DNA of 63,968 bases, the filler included, from Octopus bimaculoides (Eukaryota), in NCBI RefSeq assembly GCF_001194135.2. It is 6 parts of 6 records of this genome, joined end to end, with 100 filler letters (N's around TTAATTAATTAA, not from the genome) between each part and the next. Parts side by side here need not be neighbours in the genome. Positions count along the whole stretch, not along the records: positions 44,821 to 56,935 come from NC_068994.1; positions 57,036 to 62,626 come from NW_026386015.1; 4 more parts are not named here. One strand, written 5' to 3'. Shown here one piece after another: positions 47,228 through 60,667 of this stretch (position 1 is the stretch's first letter; every line of letters begins with the position of its first letter). The notes below the pieces were generated by a model. The model searched no databases and had not been told where the DNA came from. It saw nothing but the letters and a program-made list of their open reading frames with translations. Position numbers and translations under genes: made by a program.

Positions 47228-50044
47228 TGTGTGTGTGTGTGTGTGTGTTTTCATTCTAGGAACTGCAAATGGGAAATATTTGGAACATTTTATATGAGCA
47301 TACTCACTGTACACTAATCGATTGCATTTGGAGAATGCGAGTCATGTTGCTTTGTTTTTGTTGTTGTTGTTTTTGTTTTTTCTTAACATTTCCGGTCTTT
47401 GATGTAATCTATTGCAACATAGCCCAATGCACATACGAAAATAACCACAAATGAAAATCTGTAGCCATGATAGAAGAGTTGTAAGTTCTGCATTAGTTTA
47501 CCATAGAAGTTCTCATTTTTACCTGAACTTTTCACATGATATTAACATCCACCGAACAGTTGACCCCTGCAACATTGCATGGTTTTTTTCCTTACCTTCC
47601 CGTATAACAATATCACATTTGCAATATTTGCACGGGGTTGTTGTCTTTATTGGAATGTTCTATCAGAATTCTTCATTTTTAAAGGTGTGGATACATTCTG
47701 TATCTGGTTTGTCTGCGGTAGGACCATTGGAGCAATCTCTCCTACGAATAGCTTCGTAAATAGTTTGGGCAACAAAGTCATATATCATGGTAAGGTAGTA
47801 CATTTTTAAAAACATTTTCTGGTGGCTGTGGATAGTGAAGAGGATATCTTCCACACTGGTAACAGTATAATAAACGTTTTCTATCTCATCCCGGTAGTGT
47901 GAAGACACCCTTATCTCTTTTATTGATCGAGTATTTAGGAGATCTCTTCTCTGCCTCAAAAATAAAGCCGTATCGTTCATGGTGCGATATAATGTAATCT
48001 ACATTGACAGGAAGTGTTTCCTCTTCCCGTCAATATTGCTGTGGAATATGTACCCACGTTTAACTTGAGATGATGTGATGAGTGTCTATCTCCAAGAATT
48101 TGTTTAAGTCACTCGGTTCTCATGCTATTGAGTCACGTTGAACAGTTGTACACTTAGGATGCCTATTCAGGATTGCTTCACCGCCTCTCAAATATCATTA
48201 TTTTCAATGTTGAGTATATATATGTCGATGTACTTACTCATTTCTCCCTTTACTGTTCGGTAGGTGTGGTCGAAGGTAGCGGCCCCTAGTCCTTTTTGCA
48301 CCACGGACCGGTTTCATGTGAGACACTTTCTTCTACTAACCTGGGGATCATGCGCATAACAAACACAATAAATTACATAGTATATAATCTAGTTGTAGCG
48401 GAAGTCTGCGTTAAGCATGACAAATAATTCCTCATAACTTCTTTTTTTTTTTTTTTTGCATTTTCAGAAACTTTTTGCGAATTTGCACTCTACACACGGA
48501 AATTCACAAGACTATGAAAAGAAATTTCGAAATTAAAAAATTTTTTTTTAATTTTTCGAATTTTTTTTTAAAATCACAATTTTAGATACGGTCAGTCCGA
48601 ATTTTTGGCTTCAATGCCAGCAAAAGATATTGAAAAACATCAATTCATCAGACTGACAAACAAACGAGGAGAGCATGAGGTGGTCGTGAGATGTGCTAAA
48701 AGTAACAACTAAATAGTCCTTAGATCACGCACCAAAATTTTTTTCATTTTCTTTTTGCCTAATCATATGAATTCCTGTATGTAGAACACAAATACGCAAA
48801 AATCTCCTGAAAATTCTAAAAGATAAAGTTATGAAGGTTTATATGGCGTGCTTAAAGCCGAATCCCGCCCTAATTATTACGTATATAACACATAAATAAT
48901 GTGAAAACCCCATGCAGTCTGCAATAGTCAATAAATAGAAATAGAATTTTTAAAATTCTTTCTGTGCAACCCGGCACCAAATGATCCACGGCCTGGTAAA
49001 TGTCTGCACCAGGTGGTTTGAGACTCCTGGTGTAAAGGAGACAGTGCGGTACTAAAAGCCATTTGGACTGGCCTTATGTCTCCGCATCCGCCCTTCCATC
49101 TAACATATGTCATATCAGTGTAATTATTGATATGGAAGTTACCAAAGAAGGAAGGGGTATCTAGTTTCCTTGTGTCGATGTCTAAATTACGGATTTTTTT
49201 GCAGTGTTAAGTTTAGCAATCCAAACTTTAAAACTAGCTTTAGTATTGAAAAAACGTTATTGTATATTGTTTAATTAAATGCGGACAGCCTTGACTTCTG
49301 TACCTTCCGAAGTCTATCCTTCTACCATTCTAGCTTTTCCCCCCGCAGCACTTATGTATGTACTCTTTTCGTCAATACTTATAACGTTCATCAATGGCGT
49401 TAAGGAAGTTAGACGGGCTATTGATATCTATATATCTTGTTGAGTTCACAATCCGTATTTATTAAGTTCACAATCCTCCATCTACTGACAACTAAGTACG
49501 AACATTAACCTTATCAAACTTCTTTTCTGCTTTATTACAATGTGTTTCTTACTTGTTACAGGTTTTAGTAATTTCAATTCCTGTCTTCAGAAGCCCAATA
49601 TACTGAGTCCGGGGTTTACAAAACTTCAATTGTTTTAGTAGTCTCAATTATTCATTTTCAGTCTATTTTTCAACACACACACATACGTGTGTGTGTGTGT
49701 GTGTGTGTGTGTATACATAAACATATATACACATAGAGGAAAAGAGAGTGTGAGTGAGTGAGAAAGAGAGAGAGAGAGGGGGGGAGAAACAGAATGGCGT
49801 TAAGAAGATTATGAATGTTTAGGATGAGGTAGAGTGAGGTGTAATCCAGGTGTTAATGCCAAATTTCTCTCAGTTTACATGAACCGAACCAATCCCAGAA
49901 AACTGCAGTTCCTGATGCCAAAATACTGGATATTGGTTTCTCAAGAATAATGTAGGATATTATTAACGCTGGCACTGGGGTGAAGCTAATTACTATATAA
50001 AATGGGATGAGTCGACTAATGATGATGATGATGATGATGATAAT

Positions 50045-50397
50045 GATAAAATGGAGAAATACCAGAATATCGCCAGAGAGACTGTAGAACACAAGAGAGA
50101 CTGTAGAACACAAGAGAGACTGTAGAACACAAGAGAGACTGTAGAACACAAGAGAGACTGTAGAACACAAGACAACAATTATTCCTGTAGTAATTGGTGT
50201 GCTTGGCACAACACCCAATATTATACCTTTTAAAAGACTGAAAGAAATTGGAGTTGAAAATTGCATTGTCGACCTATAGTAAAGTGCCATCCAATATTCT
50301 GCAAGAATCCTAAGATACATTTTTGAGATTTGAGGAGACTTGTTGTCACCAAACTTCAAGATAAAGTACCCGATAACTAAATTAGCATGCACCAGTA
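50045..50397 (+). mobile_element. R4/Dong-type element 3' end with internal 19-bp tandem amplification
   Basis: KMEKYQNIARE...KTTIIPVVIGVLGTTP...RLKEIG...SARILRYIFEI*, then (TAA)n at 50398. Confidence 0.82.
50076..50170 (+). repeat. 19-bp minisatellite x5 (gagagactgtagaacacaa)
   Basis: Five contiguous copies read directly. Confidence 0.95.
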
Positions 50398-50412
50398 TAA
50401 TAATAATAATAA

Positions 50413-50443
<31 letters not shown>

Positions 50444-50654
50444 AATTCTACTATAGGCACAAGACCTGAAATTTGTGGGGAGAGGGCTAGTCGATTACAT
50501 CGACCCCAGTGTTTCACTGGTACTTAATTTATCGACCCCGAAGGGATGAAAGGCAAAGTCGACCTCAGCGGGATTTGAACTCAGACCGTAAAGACGGACA
50601 AAATGCCGCTAAGCATTTTGCCCCGCGTGATAACGATTCTGCCAGCTCGCAGCT

Positions 50655-50691
<37 letters not shown>

Positions 50692-50699
50692 TAATGATT

Positions 50700-51532
50700 T
50701 CTTTTATTGGCCTCAAGACATGGAGGAAAATATCGAAGGACGAGTTACAGCACACAAAAGAGAAAAAATTACAAAAATCATGTGGTGTCGACATTACTCA
50801 AGAGGAGATCCTATCATACTAAAGGATATAACATAGGATATATAATAGAAAGTAGAGAAATAAATTAATAAATAAATAGAATCTCCAATAATGGGGCAGT
50901 CTACTTAGGGTAATCCGGGTTAAACCCCACACAAAAATCCCGGATTACTCTGTCATCCCCAAAGCATGGGAAGGTGCCCTCTTCCTGTGTCTTTTCTCCT
51001 GCTTAGAAAAGCTTATTCAGAATAGATCCATTCAGTCTCACCAGTCTTGCCACTGTCGACCACCTTTTGATAAACACACTAGAAGGTAGCACCTCGCCTT
51101 CCTCTTCAAATGATATTTGAAGAAATTGATGAGGGCTTGGTCAGGTAGGAACGTGCCTGTTTTCAAACATTTCTTTTGCTACAGTCACTAAGCAGGGAAA
51201 TATCTACCTTCCTTCTCTCTTAAGGGAAAGCGGTGCGTCGATCTTCAGTATAAACTCGGCAGACAGCTGAATTCGTATTACACACAACAATAGCTGCTCC
51301 ACGCAATTCCACAACTCTCTAATGCATGGACACTGAATTATTGCATGCAGGACGGTTTCATTCCCCTGCAAGCATCTCGGGCAGGTTCGGTTGTTGGCAC
51401 TTCCATGCCTGAAGAGCTGGTCTCAAACGAACAATGCTCTTCTGCCATGCCAAAGACTTTTAGAAATTGTCCATGATCTTCGACCAGAAGGTCCTCTAGA
51501 AGAGACCACTCAGACTGTTCTCATCGATACCC
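50700..51532 (-). mobile_element. Tx1/L1-clade LINE 3' fragment, same family as 25524-27000
   Basis: DNF.KSLAWQ...RHGSANNRTCPRCLQGNETVLHAIIQC...LWNCVEQLL; same 3' terminus (ggccaataaaa). Confidence 0.8.
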
Positions 51533-51554
51533 AATGATGATGATGATGATAATG

Positions 51555-51599
<45 letters not shown>

Positions 51600-52409
51600 T
51601 CTATTCAGTAATAATCTTTTCTTTATTATTTACCCACAATGGTGACGCATGAGAAGATATTATATGTTTAAGCAGAATCTGTTGCGAAGACCAAAGCATA
51701 AAAGCCAAAAGTATACAAAAGGAATTAATTGGTACGTCACAATAAATTGAGAGTAGCCATCAAGGGCCAATCAAGAAATTCCACCGATTTTAGATTACTC
51801 TCACTAATAGCAGCAAGTGCCTTCTCCTTGTCGTGTTCTCCCGACCACCTCATGTTCTCCTCGTTTGTTTGTCAGTCTGATGAATTGATGCTTTGCAATA
51901 TCTTTTACAGGCATTCAAGCCAAAAATTCGGACTGTCCGTATCTAAATCTGTGATTTAAAAAAAGAATTTCCTATCTGACTAAGCCCTCATCAAAAATGC
52001 AAGTGAAGGTGACGGTATCAAAGAGCCTCGTTTGTACAAGCCTGATACATACGTCATCGGCTCTTGAGAGAATGAAAAGCAAAGCTGACCCAAATGGGAC
52101 TCGAACTTCAAAATGTACATGACTCACTCAAATANNNNNNNNNNNNNNNNNNNNNNNNNNNNNNNNNNNNNNNNNNNNNNNNNNNNNNNNNNNNNNNNNN
52201 NNNNNNNNNNNNNNNNNNNNNNNNNNNNNNNNNNNNNNNNNNNNNNNNNNNNNNNNNNNNNNNNNNNNNNNNNNNNNNNNNNNNNNNNNNNNNNNNNNNN
52301 NNNNNNNNNNNNNNNNNNNNNNNNNNNNNNNNNNNNNNNNNNNNNNNNNNNNNNNNNNNNNNNNNNNNNNNNNNNNNNNNNNNNNNNNNNNNNNNNNNNN
52401 NNNNNNNNN

Positions 52410-52457
<48 letters not shown>

Positions 52458-53234
52458 GTGTAAAAGCTTTTTCTATCTCCAAGTAAAAACTACATGCAAT
52501 CGCTCCACCTGCAAGAAATAGCAGTTAAATATGCTTCATAGCATATTCCGTCGCTTTAAGCAAAAGAAGGTCGTATAGAATATAGTCTCTGATATACAAT
52601 AATAACAATGATGATGATAATGATTTCAAATTTTACCACAAGGGCAGTCATTTTGGGGTAGGGGATGTGTCGATTACATCGACTCCAGTGTTCAACTGGT
52701 ACTTAATTTATCGACCCCGAAAGGATGAAAGGCAAAGTCAACCTCGGCGGAATTTGAACTCAGAACGTAGAGGCAGATGAAATACCACTAAGCATGTCGC
52801 CTGGCGGGCTAACGATTCTGCCAATTTGCCGCCTTAATAATGCATGTGCCTGGTGTACCCTTATCAGATGGGTATATTGGACTTCGTACATTTGTATCCC
52901 GGCGTCACTTTGAATCCGTGTGCTGCTCTCTCACTCAATAATTAGGAGAATCCTTTCTACTATAGACACAAGGCTTGAAATTTGGGGGAAGGGAGCTAGT
53001 CGATTGCATCGACCTCATAATAACCCAGCCAACTCCCTCTGATAGTACCACCCCACTATATATATATATATCCCATGAAGATTGTTGATAAACTTATAGT
53101 CACTGAATTACCAACAGCAGATAGACAAAAGCAGTCGAATATCGCACAAAGGTTCAATGTATATGACAAGAACCAATGACAAGAATTTAAATAATTCCCA
53201 CTTTAGCCTTTAGATAGAAGTAGAATTTTATAAG

Positions 53235-53645
53235 ACGTGTGGCTGTGTGGTAAGTAGCTTGCTTACCAACCACATGGTTCTGGGTTCAGTCCCACTGCGT
53301 GGCATCTTGGGCAAGTGTCTTCTACTATAGCCTCGGACCGACCAAAGCCTTATGAGTGGATTTGGTAGACGGAAACTGAAAGAAGCCCGTCGTATATATG
53401 TATATATATATGTATGCGTGTATGTGTATATGTTTGTGTGTCTGTGTTTGTCCCCCCCAGCATCGTTTGACAACCGATGGTGCTGTGTTTACGTCCCCGT
53501 AAACTAGCGGTTCGGCAAATGTTACCGATAGAATAAGTACTAGGCTTCCAAAGAATAAGTCCTGGTGTCGATTTGCTCGACTAAAAGGCGGTGCTCCAGC
53601 ATGGCCGCAAGTCAAATGACTGAAACAAGTAAAAGAGTAAAAGAG
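53235..53645 (+). mobile_element. Abundant cephalopod tRNA-derived SINE (type A, Ceph-like central domain), near full length
   Basis: gtggctgtgtggtaagtag A-box head, ggttcagtccc B-box, gtgagtggatttggtagacggaaactgaaagaagcccgtcg core, internal (TA/TG)n, tail ending gaaacaagtaaaagagtaaaagag. The family name is from recall. Confidence 0.8.
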
Positions 53646-54139
53646 TTTACAAACGTTTTATAATCTTGGAATAGAAAAAGAGAACAGGATTTCCTGCCGG
53701 CCCCGAAATACGAAGCGTCTTTGATTGACCACGTGAGTGATTACATCAAAGAGATCCTACTACTTTCAACTGCATTTTTATTGATTAGTCAGACATGAAA
53801 GAGCATGAGCATTTATAAGGGTTCTGACATTGATGGACAGAAAGAAAGCAGTTATCCTTGTTTCAGTGTCTTAGCCCGAATGTTTGCCTCAGTTGAAGGC
53901 ACCCAACGACGAGGTATTGCTGTAAAACCGGACGGTAGATCAAATATAGCTCAAGCAGATGCGGTCCTTCGACGAACCTCCCAGAATTTTGGTAGAATAC
54001 ACCGTTCAATGTCCGAAGCAGTCGCTTCAACTCCAAGCCATGTAGCTTTAGAGTAAACTTGGCCAATTTAAGACCATATAAACGCGATAATGGCATAAAA
54101 TTTAAGAGCACAAATTTTGGCTAGAAAAATGGAAATATA

Positions 54140-54345
54140 TATATAGTTTAATTTCACAGGAAACAAAAGACAAAGGCAGGTGAAGGAACAACAAACTGGT
54201 GTATTGGTTTAACGCTCGGGAAGAATGGAAAAGTTTTTGACGTTTCGAACCTACGCTCTTCGACAGAGAGAACTGAGAAAGAAAAAAACGGAGAGAGAAA
54301 AAAATGTGTAGGGATTAACGGTTCAACATATATACATAAATATGT
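54140..54345 (-). mobile_element. Short repeat with a variant hammerhead-like core (copy 2)
   Basis: CTGTCGA-A-GAGC[GTAG]GTTC-GAAA-CG-TC at 54266-54239; same tail. Confidence 0.65.
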
Positions 54346-54931
54346 TTGTAATGAACAAAAAACTGAACACAAGTAATATATAATTATATAAGTGCACAAA
54401 TCTTTAGCAATCTTACTGCTTGTTCCCATATCTTACAAAGATATCACGTGACCATAGCCATCTCTCCCACTGCCAAGAGCGTGAGGCCATGTTGTTTACC
54501 ACAGAGACAAGACCGGAAGTAATAGTAACTGGCCAGGTGGGAAATCAAATGGTATTATGATGAATTAATTACTTAATTATATGTCATTATGTTGGTGGAT
54601 ATATATGTATATGTGTGTGTGTTCGTGTGTGTTTGTGTGCGTGAGTAAGTGTTCGTGTGTGTTTGCGTGTGTGTGCGAGTGTGTGGGTGTGTTGTGTAGT
54701 TATAGATATATGTACACATATGTATGTATACACACACACACACACACACACATATATTTATATAATATGTACCGATGCACATATACATGTACGTATATAT
54801 ATATATACACGCACATATATACGCCCGCATATACGAGTGTGTATGTATACATGTATATGTATGTATGTATGCATGTGTGTATATATATATATGTGTGTGT
54901 GTGTACATGTATATATACATACATACATACA

Positions 54932-54963
<32 letters not shown>

Positions 54964-56149
54964 CGTGTGTCTGTGTGTGTGTTCGTATTTGTAATGCAGG
55001 GATGTATAAGCTTGGGAGTGTGCGATTCTGTACGTGTATGTATTTATGTGTGTGCGTGTATTTGTGTGTGTATGTGAGGGGAGTGTTTGTGTGAGTGAGT
55101 GTACGTGTATTTGTATACATACACACAAACGCATGCACACACACACACACACCAAACCACTCATATATTATGAAGTAATTAATTAAGCTAAATACCATTA
55201 CATTTCCCACCTGGCCAGTTAATTTTACTTCCTGTCTTGTCTCTGTTAATGAATTCTTTTCTGAAAATATACATTGCCTACGCACTTATATACATATGTA
55301 GTAGGTAGATGTGTGTGTATGTGTGTGTGTATATATATGTATATATATGTATATTGTATTAATATATCTGGGTCTGTATATGTTTCTCTCTCTCTCTCTC
55401 TCTCCCTCTCTCTCTCTCTCTCTCCCTCNNNNNNNNNNNNNNNNNNNNNNNNNNNNNNNNNNNNNNNNNNNNNNNNNNNNNNNNNNNNNNNNNNNNNNNN
55501 NNNNNNNNNNNNNNNNNNNNNNNNNNNNNNNNNNNNNNNNNNNNNNNNNNNNNNNNNNNNNNNNNNNNNNNNNNNNNNNNNNNNNNNNNNNNNNNNNNNN
55601 NNNNNNNNNNNNNNNNNNNNNNNNNNNNNNNNNNNNNNNNNNNNNNNNNNNNNNNNNNNNNNNNNNNNNNNNNNNNNNNNNNNNNNNNNNNNNNNNNNNN
55701 NNNNNNNNNNNNNNNNNNNNNNNNNNNNNNNNNNNNNNNNNNNNNNNNNNNNNNNNNNNNNNNNNNNNNNNNNNNNNNNNNNNNNNNNNNNNNNNNNNNN
55801 NNNNNNNNNNNNNNNNNNNNNNNNNNNNNNNNNNNNNNNNNNNNNNNNNNNNNNNNNNNNNNNNNNNNNNNNNNNNNNNNNNNNNNNNNNNNNNNNNNNN
55901 NNNNNNNNNNNNNNNNNNNNNNNNNNNNNNNNNNNNNNNNNNNNNNNNNNNNNNNNNNNNNNNNNNNNNNNNNNNNNNNNNNNNNNNNNNNNNNNNNNNN
56001 NNNNNNNNNNNNNNNNNNNNNNNNNNNNNNNNNNNNNNNNNNNNNNNNNNNNNNNNNNNNNNNNNNNNNNNNNNNNNNNNNNNNNNNNNNNNNNNNNNNN
56101 NNNNNNNNNNNNNNNNNNNNNNNNNNNNNNNNNNNNNNNNNNNNNNNNN

Positions 56150-56193
<44 letters not shown>

Positions 56194-56435
56194 TATGCAC
56201 ACACACATACAACACAAATACACACATATATAGGTGCATGTATATTATGCATATATGTGTGTGTGTCACTGTGTGTGTGTGTCTGGGTATACACACATAT
56301 ATATCCATATATATACATACATATACATACATATATAAATATGTACACACATACACATACATACATATATAAATATGTACATATACATACATATATACAT
56401 ATGTACACAAACACACACATACAAATACACACACA

Positions 56436-56476
<41 letters not shown>

Positions 56477-56896
56477 ACATACACACACAGAGATATATAT
56501 GCAAATAAGTAACAAGGATGTCCAGATATCAATGCATTACAACAAAACTAAATGAAAGTTCTGGAAAAACTAAAAAACAGGAAATTCTTCATGGTCTACT
56601 TTTCACATTTTACGATGTTTGATCATCAGTTGTCTCTTTCTATGTGAAGAAGAAGTACTATGTATTGCTATTAAATCTGCGTGTGCACTTTAATAGCGTT
56701 ATTCTATTGTTTTATTTGTTTTATATCTATGTCTTAGAGCCACCAGGCTATTCGCCTAAGAAAAGCTATTTGTAATTTTTGTTTGTTGTAATACTTAAGT
56801 TCAATAAATAATTTAACAGCCATTTTTTATATATGTTCAATACAATGTAAGTGAATAACTTTCTATATTCATTGTACAATTTTGGCAGCTGTATGG

Positions 56897-56935
<39 letters not shown>

Positions 56936-57035
56936 NNNNNNNNNNNNNNNNNNNNNNNNNNNNNNNNNNNNNNNNNNNNTTAATTAATTAANNNNNNNNN
57001 NNNNNNNNNNNNNNNNNNNNNNNNNNNNNNNNNNN
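56936..57035. other. Artificial scaffold linker
   Basis: Same structure. Confidence 0.97.
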
Positions 57036-57889
57036 TTTAAAATAAATAAATGATCTAAAATAAATATATTTTAATAGTTGTGTGAGAAAGTATATATAAT
57101 CTCATTATAGAATATAGTGTCTTTCAAAAACATCGTATATTTTAAACTATATCTCATGTTTAAGAAAAAAAAAATGCATTTTACATTTTACACTTACTCT
57201 CTCTTCCTTACCTACATTTTCTTTCGTAATACGCTTTCTGTGTCCCTCTTCCCCTTTTTCGTTCTTTTTTTTTTTGTTAGACGCTGGCAAAGTAAACTCT
57301 GTCTTAGAAAAATTTGCTTTGCTTTCTGTCTCCCTTTCCAACTTTTTCATTTTTTGTTGTTAGACGCTAGCAAACACTGTATCTCCCCCACCTGTCACAA
57401 ACACACTATTTCTGTCTGTCTGTCTCTCTCTCCTTCACGCACGTACGCACAGATTTGACTTCGCCATGTCAACAAACTTAAAAATTGGTAAAAGTTTATC
57501 GAATTTTACAGCTATATGTGGGTGCTTCTGAGAGAAAAAGTTGGCGAAAATGCAGATAGGGTCATGACAAATGTCCTCTTAAAATTGGAGCGACATGCGT
57601 GCTAATTTGTGGACGTGCATAAAGTACAATCACGTACACACACACACACATCTCGGCTTTTATAGATATGATATGTTGCGAACGCAAAAAAAGAACAAAA
57701 CATTATATCCCTTTTCCATTAGCTGCGTTCGAAACAGTGCTCTAGTTGTTCAGACCAGCGGTATTTCCTTTGTATTTCCGTTGCTTATTATTGTAGGCAC
57801 TTGATTTCTGGTTCTCTACTGTCACAGAGAGTTAAAAAAAAAAACTATGGCAGAGTAACTCAGTTTTGGACGCAAAACATGCACTGTTA

Positions 57890-60667
57890 TATGCGGTATG
57901 CCTCTTTCTGGCTGAATTGCGAGAACACAGTCGGAGAGAGACACAGACAGGAATGAACGCAGTCCGACAAAGACAAACAGGGACAGACAGAATGAGAATC
58001 GGACAACTCTAGTGAACTGCCAAGTAAATAGTGTGGGATATGGTTAGCCAGGTTTTGCCGAAGTTGTAGAGGTAAAAGAAAAGAACTCTGATTGACAGTA
58101 TACAAGAGGATAGGAGAGTTAACGGCCGGATGTGTTCTCTTGTGATCGATTCAGCCTCAGGACAGATCTTTGTGAGACCCGATGTGTTGCAGTATCTAGA
58201 CCTGTCAGAGTCATCGCAGCAGTTGTGTGGTGTTACTGGACATTGTACTGAGCTGAGAGGGCCGGTTAATGTCCAGATCGATGTTGCCAGACAAGTTGTG
58301 CTTCCTGTCTATGTGGTGGAGATGGAGGATCAATGTATTTGGGTTTGGATTATTTGGCGTCGATGACTTGTCAGCTGGACTTGTGTTCCACAAAGCTTTC
58401 GGTGCAGAGAAGACCAGTCCCTGTTAAGGTGGTAAAGTGGACCACGCCTGGTAGCGATGTAAGAGCGCTACGGATGACAGTAATACCACCGAGATCGGAA
58501 AAACTGCTCCAGTGTCGTGTGTGTGACCTGTTTGATAGCTGCCTGGAGCTGGAGGAGCCCAACAAGATGAAAGATGGAGTGACAATCAGACGAACCCTGG
58601 AGAAGGCAGGAACTGATGAAGTGCTGGTTGTGACAACCAATTTTTCGAAAGTGGCACGGAGGATTGGTAAAGGAGGCAGTGGACCAGTGGCAGGGTCAGT
58701 TGTGTAACTGCAGGAAGGTAGTTGAGGGAGGTGGTGGCCTGCCTCTGCATTTACAAGATCTGTTGGCACAGAGTCGCCAGTGCTTAGATGGCACTCAGGT
58801 GTTGCAGTTGAGGAAGCTGCTAGTGAGGTATGCTGATGTGTTCGCTGCAGGGGATCTAGACCTTGGTTGCACGGACCTGGTGGAGCACCATATCGACACG
58901 GGCGGCCATCGCCCGATCAAGCAGCCAGCTTGGAGGATGGCCCCAGTTCAGTGACAGGAAATGGAGGAAGTGATGGAGGAGTATCAACGACAGGGAGTAG
59001 TGGTAAAGTCGAACAGTCCCTGGTCATCAGCAATTCTTTTTAGTGCAGAAAAAGACAGTACAGTAAGATGCTGTGTGGGTTAAAGAGTGCTGAATGAAGT
59101 GACAGTGAAGGATACGTATCCCCTGCCGAGAATTGACGACATGCTTGATGCTTTGGCAGGGGCCTGATGGTTCTCTACTTTGGATATGAAAGCTGGATAC
59201 CATCAAATTAAGGTTGCTGAAAAGGATAGGGAAAAGACTACATTTTCATACGGACGGGGTTTGTGGCAGTTCAATGTGATGCCATTTGGCTTGTGTAATG
59301 CCCCTACAACCTTCGAGCATCTCATGGACCAGGTACGAGAGGGCCTACACTGGCAGGCCGCCCTCATCTATCTTGATGATGTTATAGTGTTTGGTTGAAC
59401 GCTTGATCAGGAACTCGAGAGGTTATCGGGTGTACTTGAGAGATTTCGAACTGCAAACCTCAAGTTGAACCCAAAGAAGTGCTGTCTGTTCCACAAGGGA
59501 CATATTGTGGGCGAAGATGATGACTGCACTGACCCAAAGAAGGTAGCCACAGTGAGGGATTAGCCGGTTCCTACTTGTGTAAAGGAATTGAGTTTCTTAG
59601 GACTGTGCACCTATTACAGGCTCTTTGTAAGAGACTTTGCGATGGTGGCTGCACCGTTGCACAAGCTACTGGGGAAGAGCCAAAAGTTTGAGTGAACTGC
59701 CATGACACAGCGAGCTTTTAACGGACTCAAACAGGTGCTAGTGAGTTCTCCAGTGTTGCCGTACCTGAACCCAAGCAAGCCTTTCATACTGAACTGTGAC
59801 ACCAGTAGCCATGGTATTGGTGGAGTATTGTCTCAGAGGAAGGATGACAAGGAATATGTGGTGGTGTATTACAGTAAAAAGCTTAGCCCACCTGAGCGAA
59901 ACTGTAACCCATAAGGAGCTTTTGGCGGTGATGAAGAGTGTTGACATTTTTCATCCATACCTGTATGGTTTCCACTTTACCATCAGAATGGACCATGCAG
60001 CACTCAAGTAGCTGAGGACACTGCGGAACCCAGAGGGACAATTAGTACGCTTGCTAGGGAAACTGGACCAGCACAACTATGAGGTACAGCACCATCCAGG
60101 GCAGGTACATGGTAATGCTGATAGTTTGAGTCATCTTCCTTGTAAACTGGACTGCAAGTATCGTGCAGGAAGGGAAGAGCACAGTAAAAAGTGCAACCGT
60201 ACTACAGTAACTGGATATGTGCCAACCGGAGAATTACTGAAGAGACAGATGGAGGATGCCGACTTAATACCAATGGTAGAGTGGCTGCAGAAGAAAGCAG
60301 CAAGACCATCTTGGGAGGAGGTATCCAGGTCCAGCCCTTAGACTAAGAGCTATTGGGGCCAGTGGGACCTTCTTCGTCTGAATGATGGGCTGCTTGAGAG
60401 GCGATGGAAGACACCCAATGGCCTTAATAAGTTGGCGATACCCAAGAAGATGAGACCTGAGCTGCTGGAAGAAGCTCATAACCAAATTACAAGTGGACAT
60501 TTGGGGGTAAAGCAAACATTGAATCGGCTACGCCAGGATGTCCAGGAATGGTGTCGATCTTGTGATGTATGCTGCGCCAAGAAGGGACGAAGGAAGCGGG
60601 GGGGTGCCCCTCTGCAGTTATACCAGGTGGGTGTACCCATGGAAAGGGTAGCTGTGGATATTGCTGG
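57890..60667 (+). mobile_element. Ty3/gypsy LTR retrotransposon internal region (gag end, PR, RT, RNase H, start of IN), dead
   Basis: LVIDSASG (protease); YADVF...HHIDTG..PIKQ; YPLPRIDD.L..L; FSTLDMKAGYHQI; FNVMPFGLCNAPTTF; YLDDVIVFG; FILNCDTS..GIGGVLSQ; H...GHLG...T..RL..C.SC..C; PMERVAVDIAG. PR-RT-RH-IN order with many stops and frameshifts. No LTR was recognised. Confidence 0.95.
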
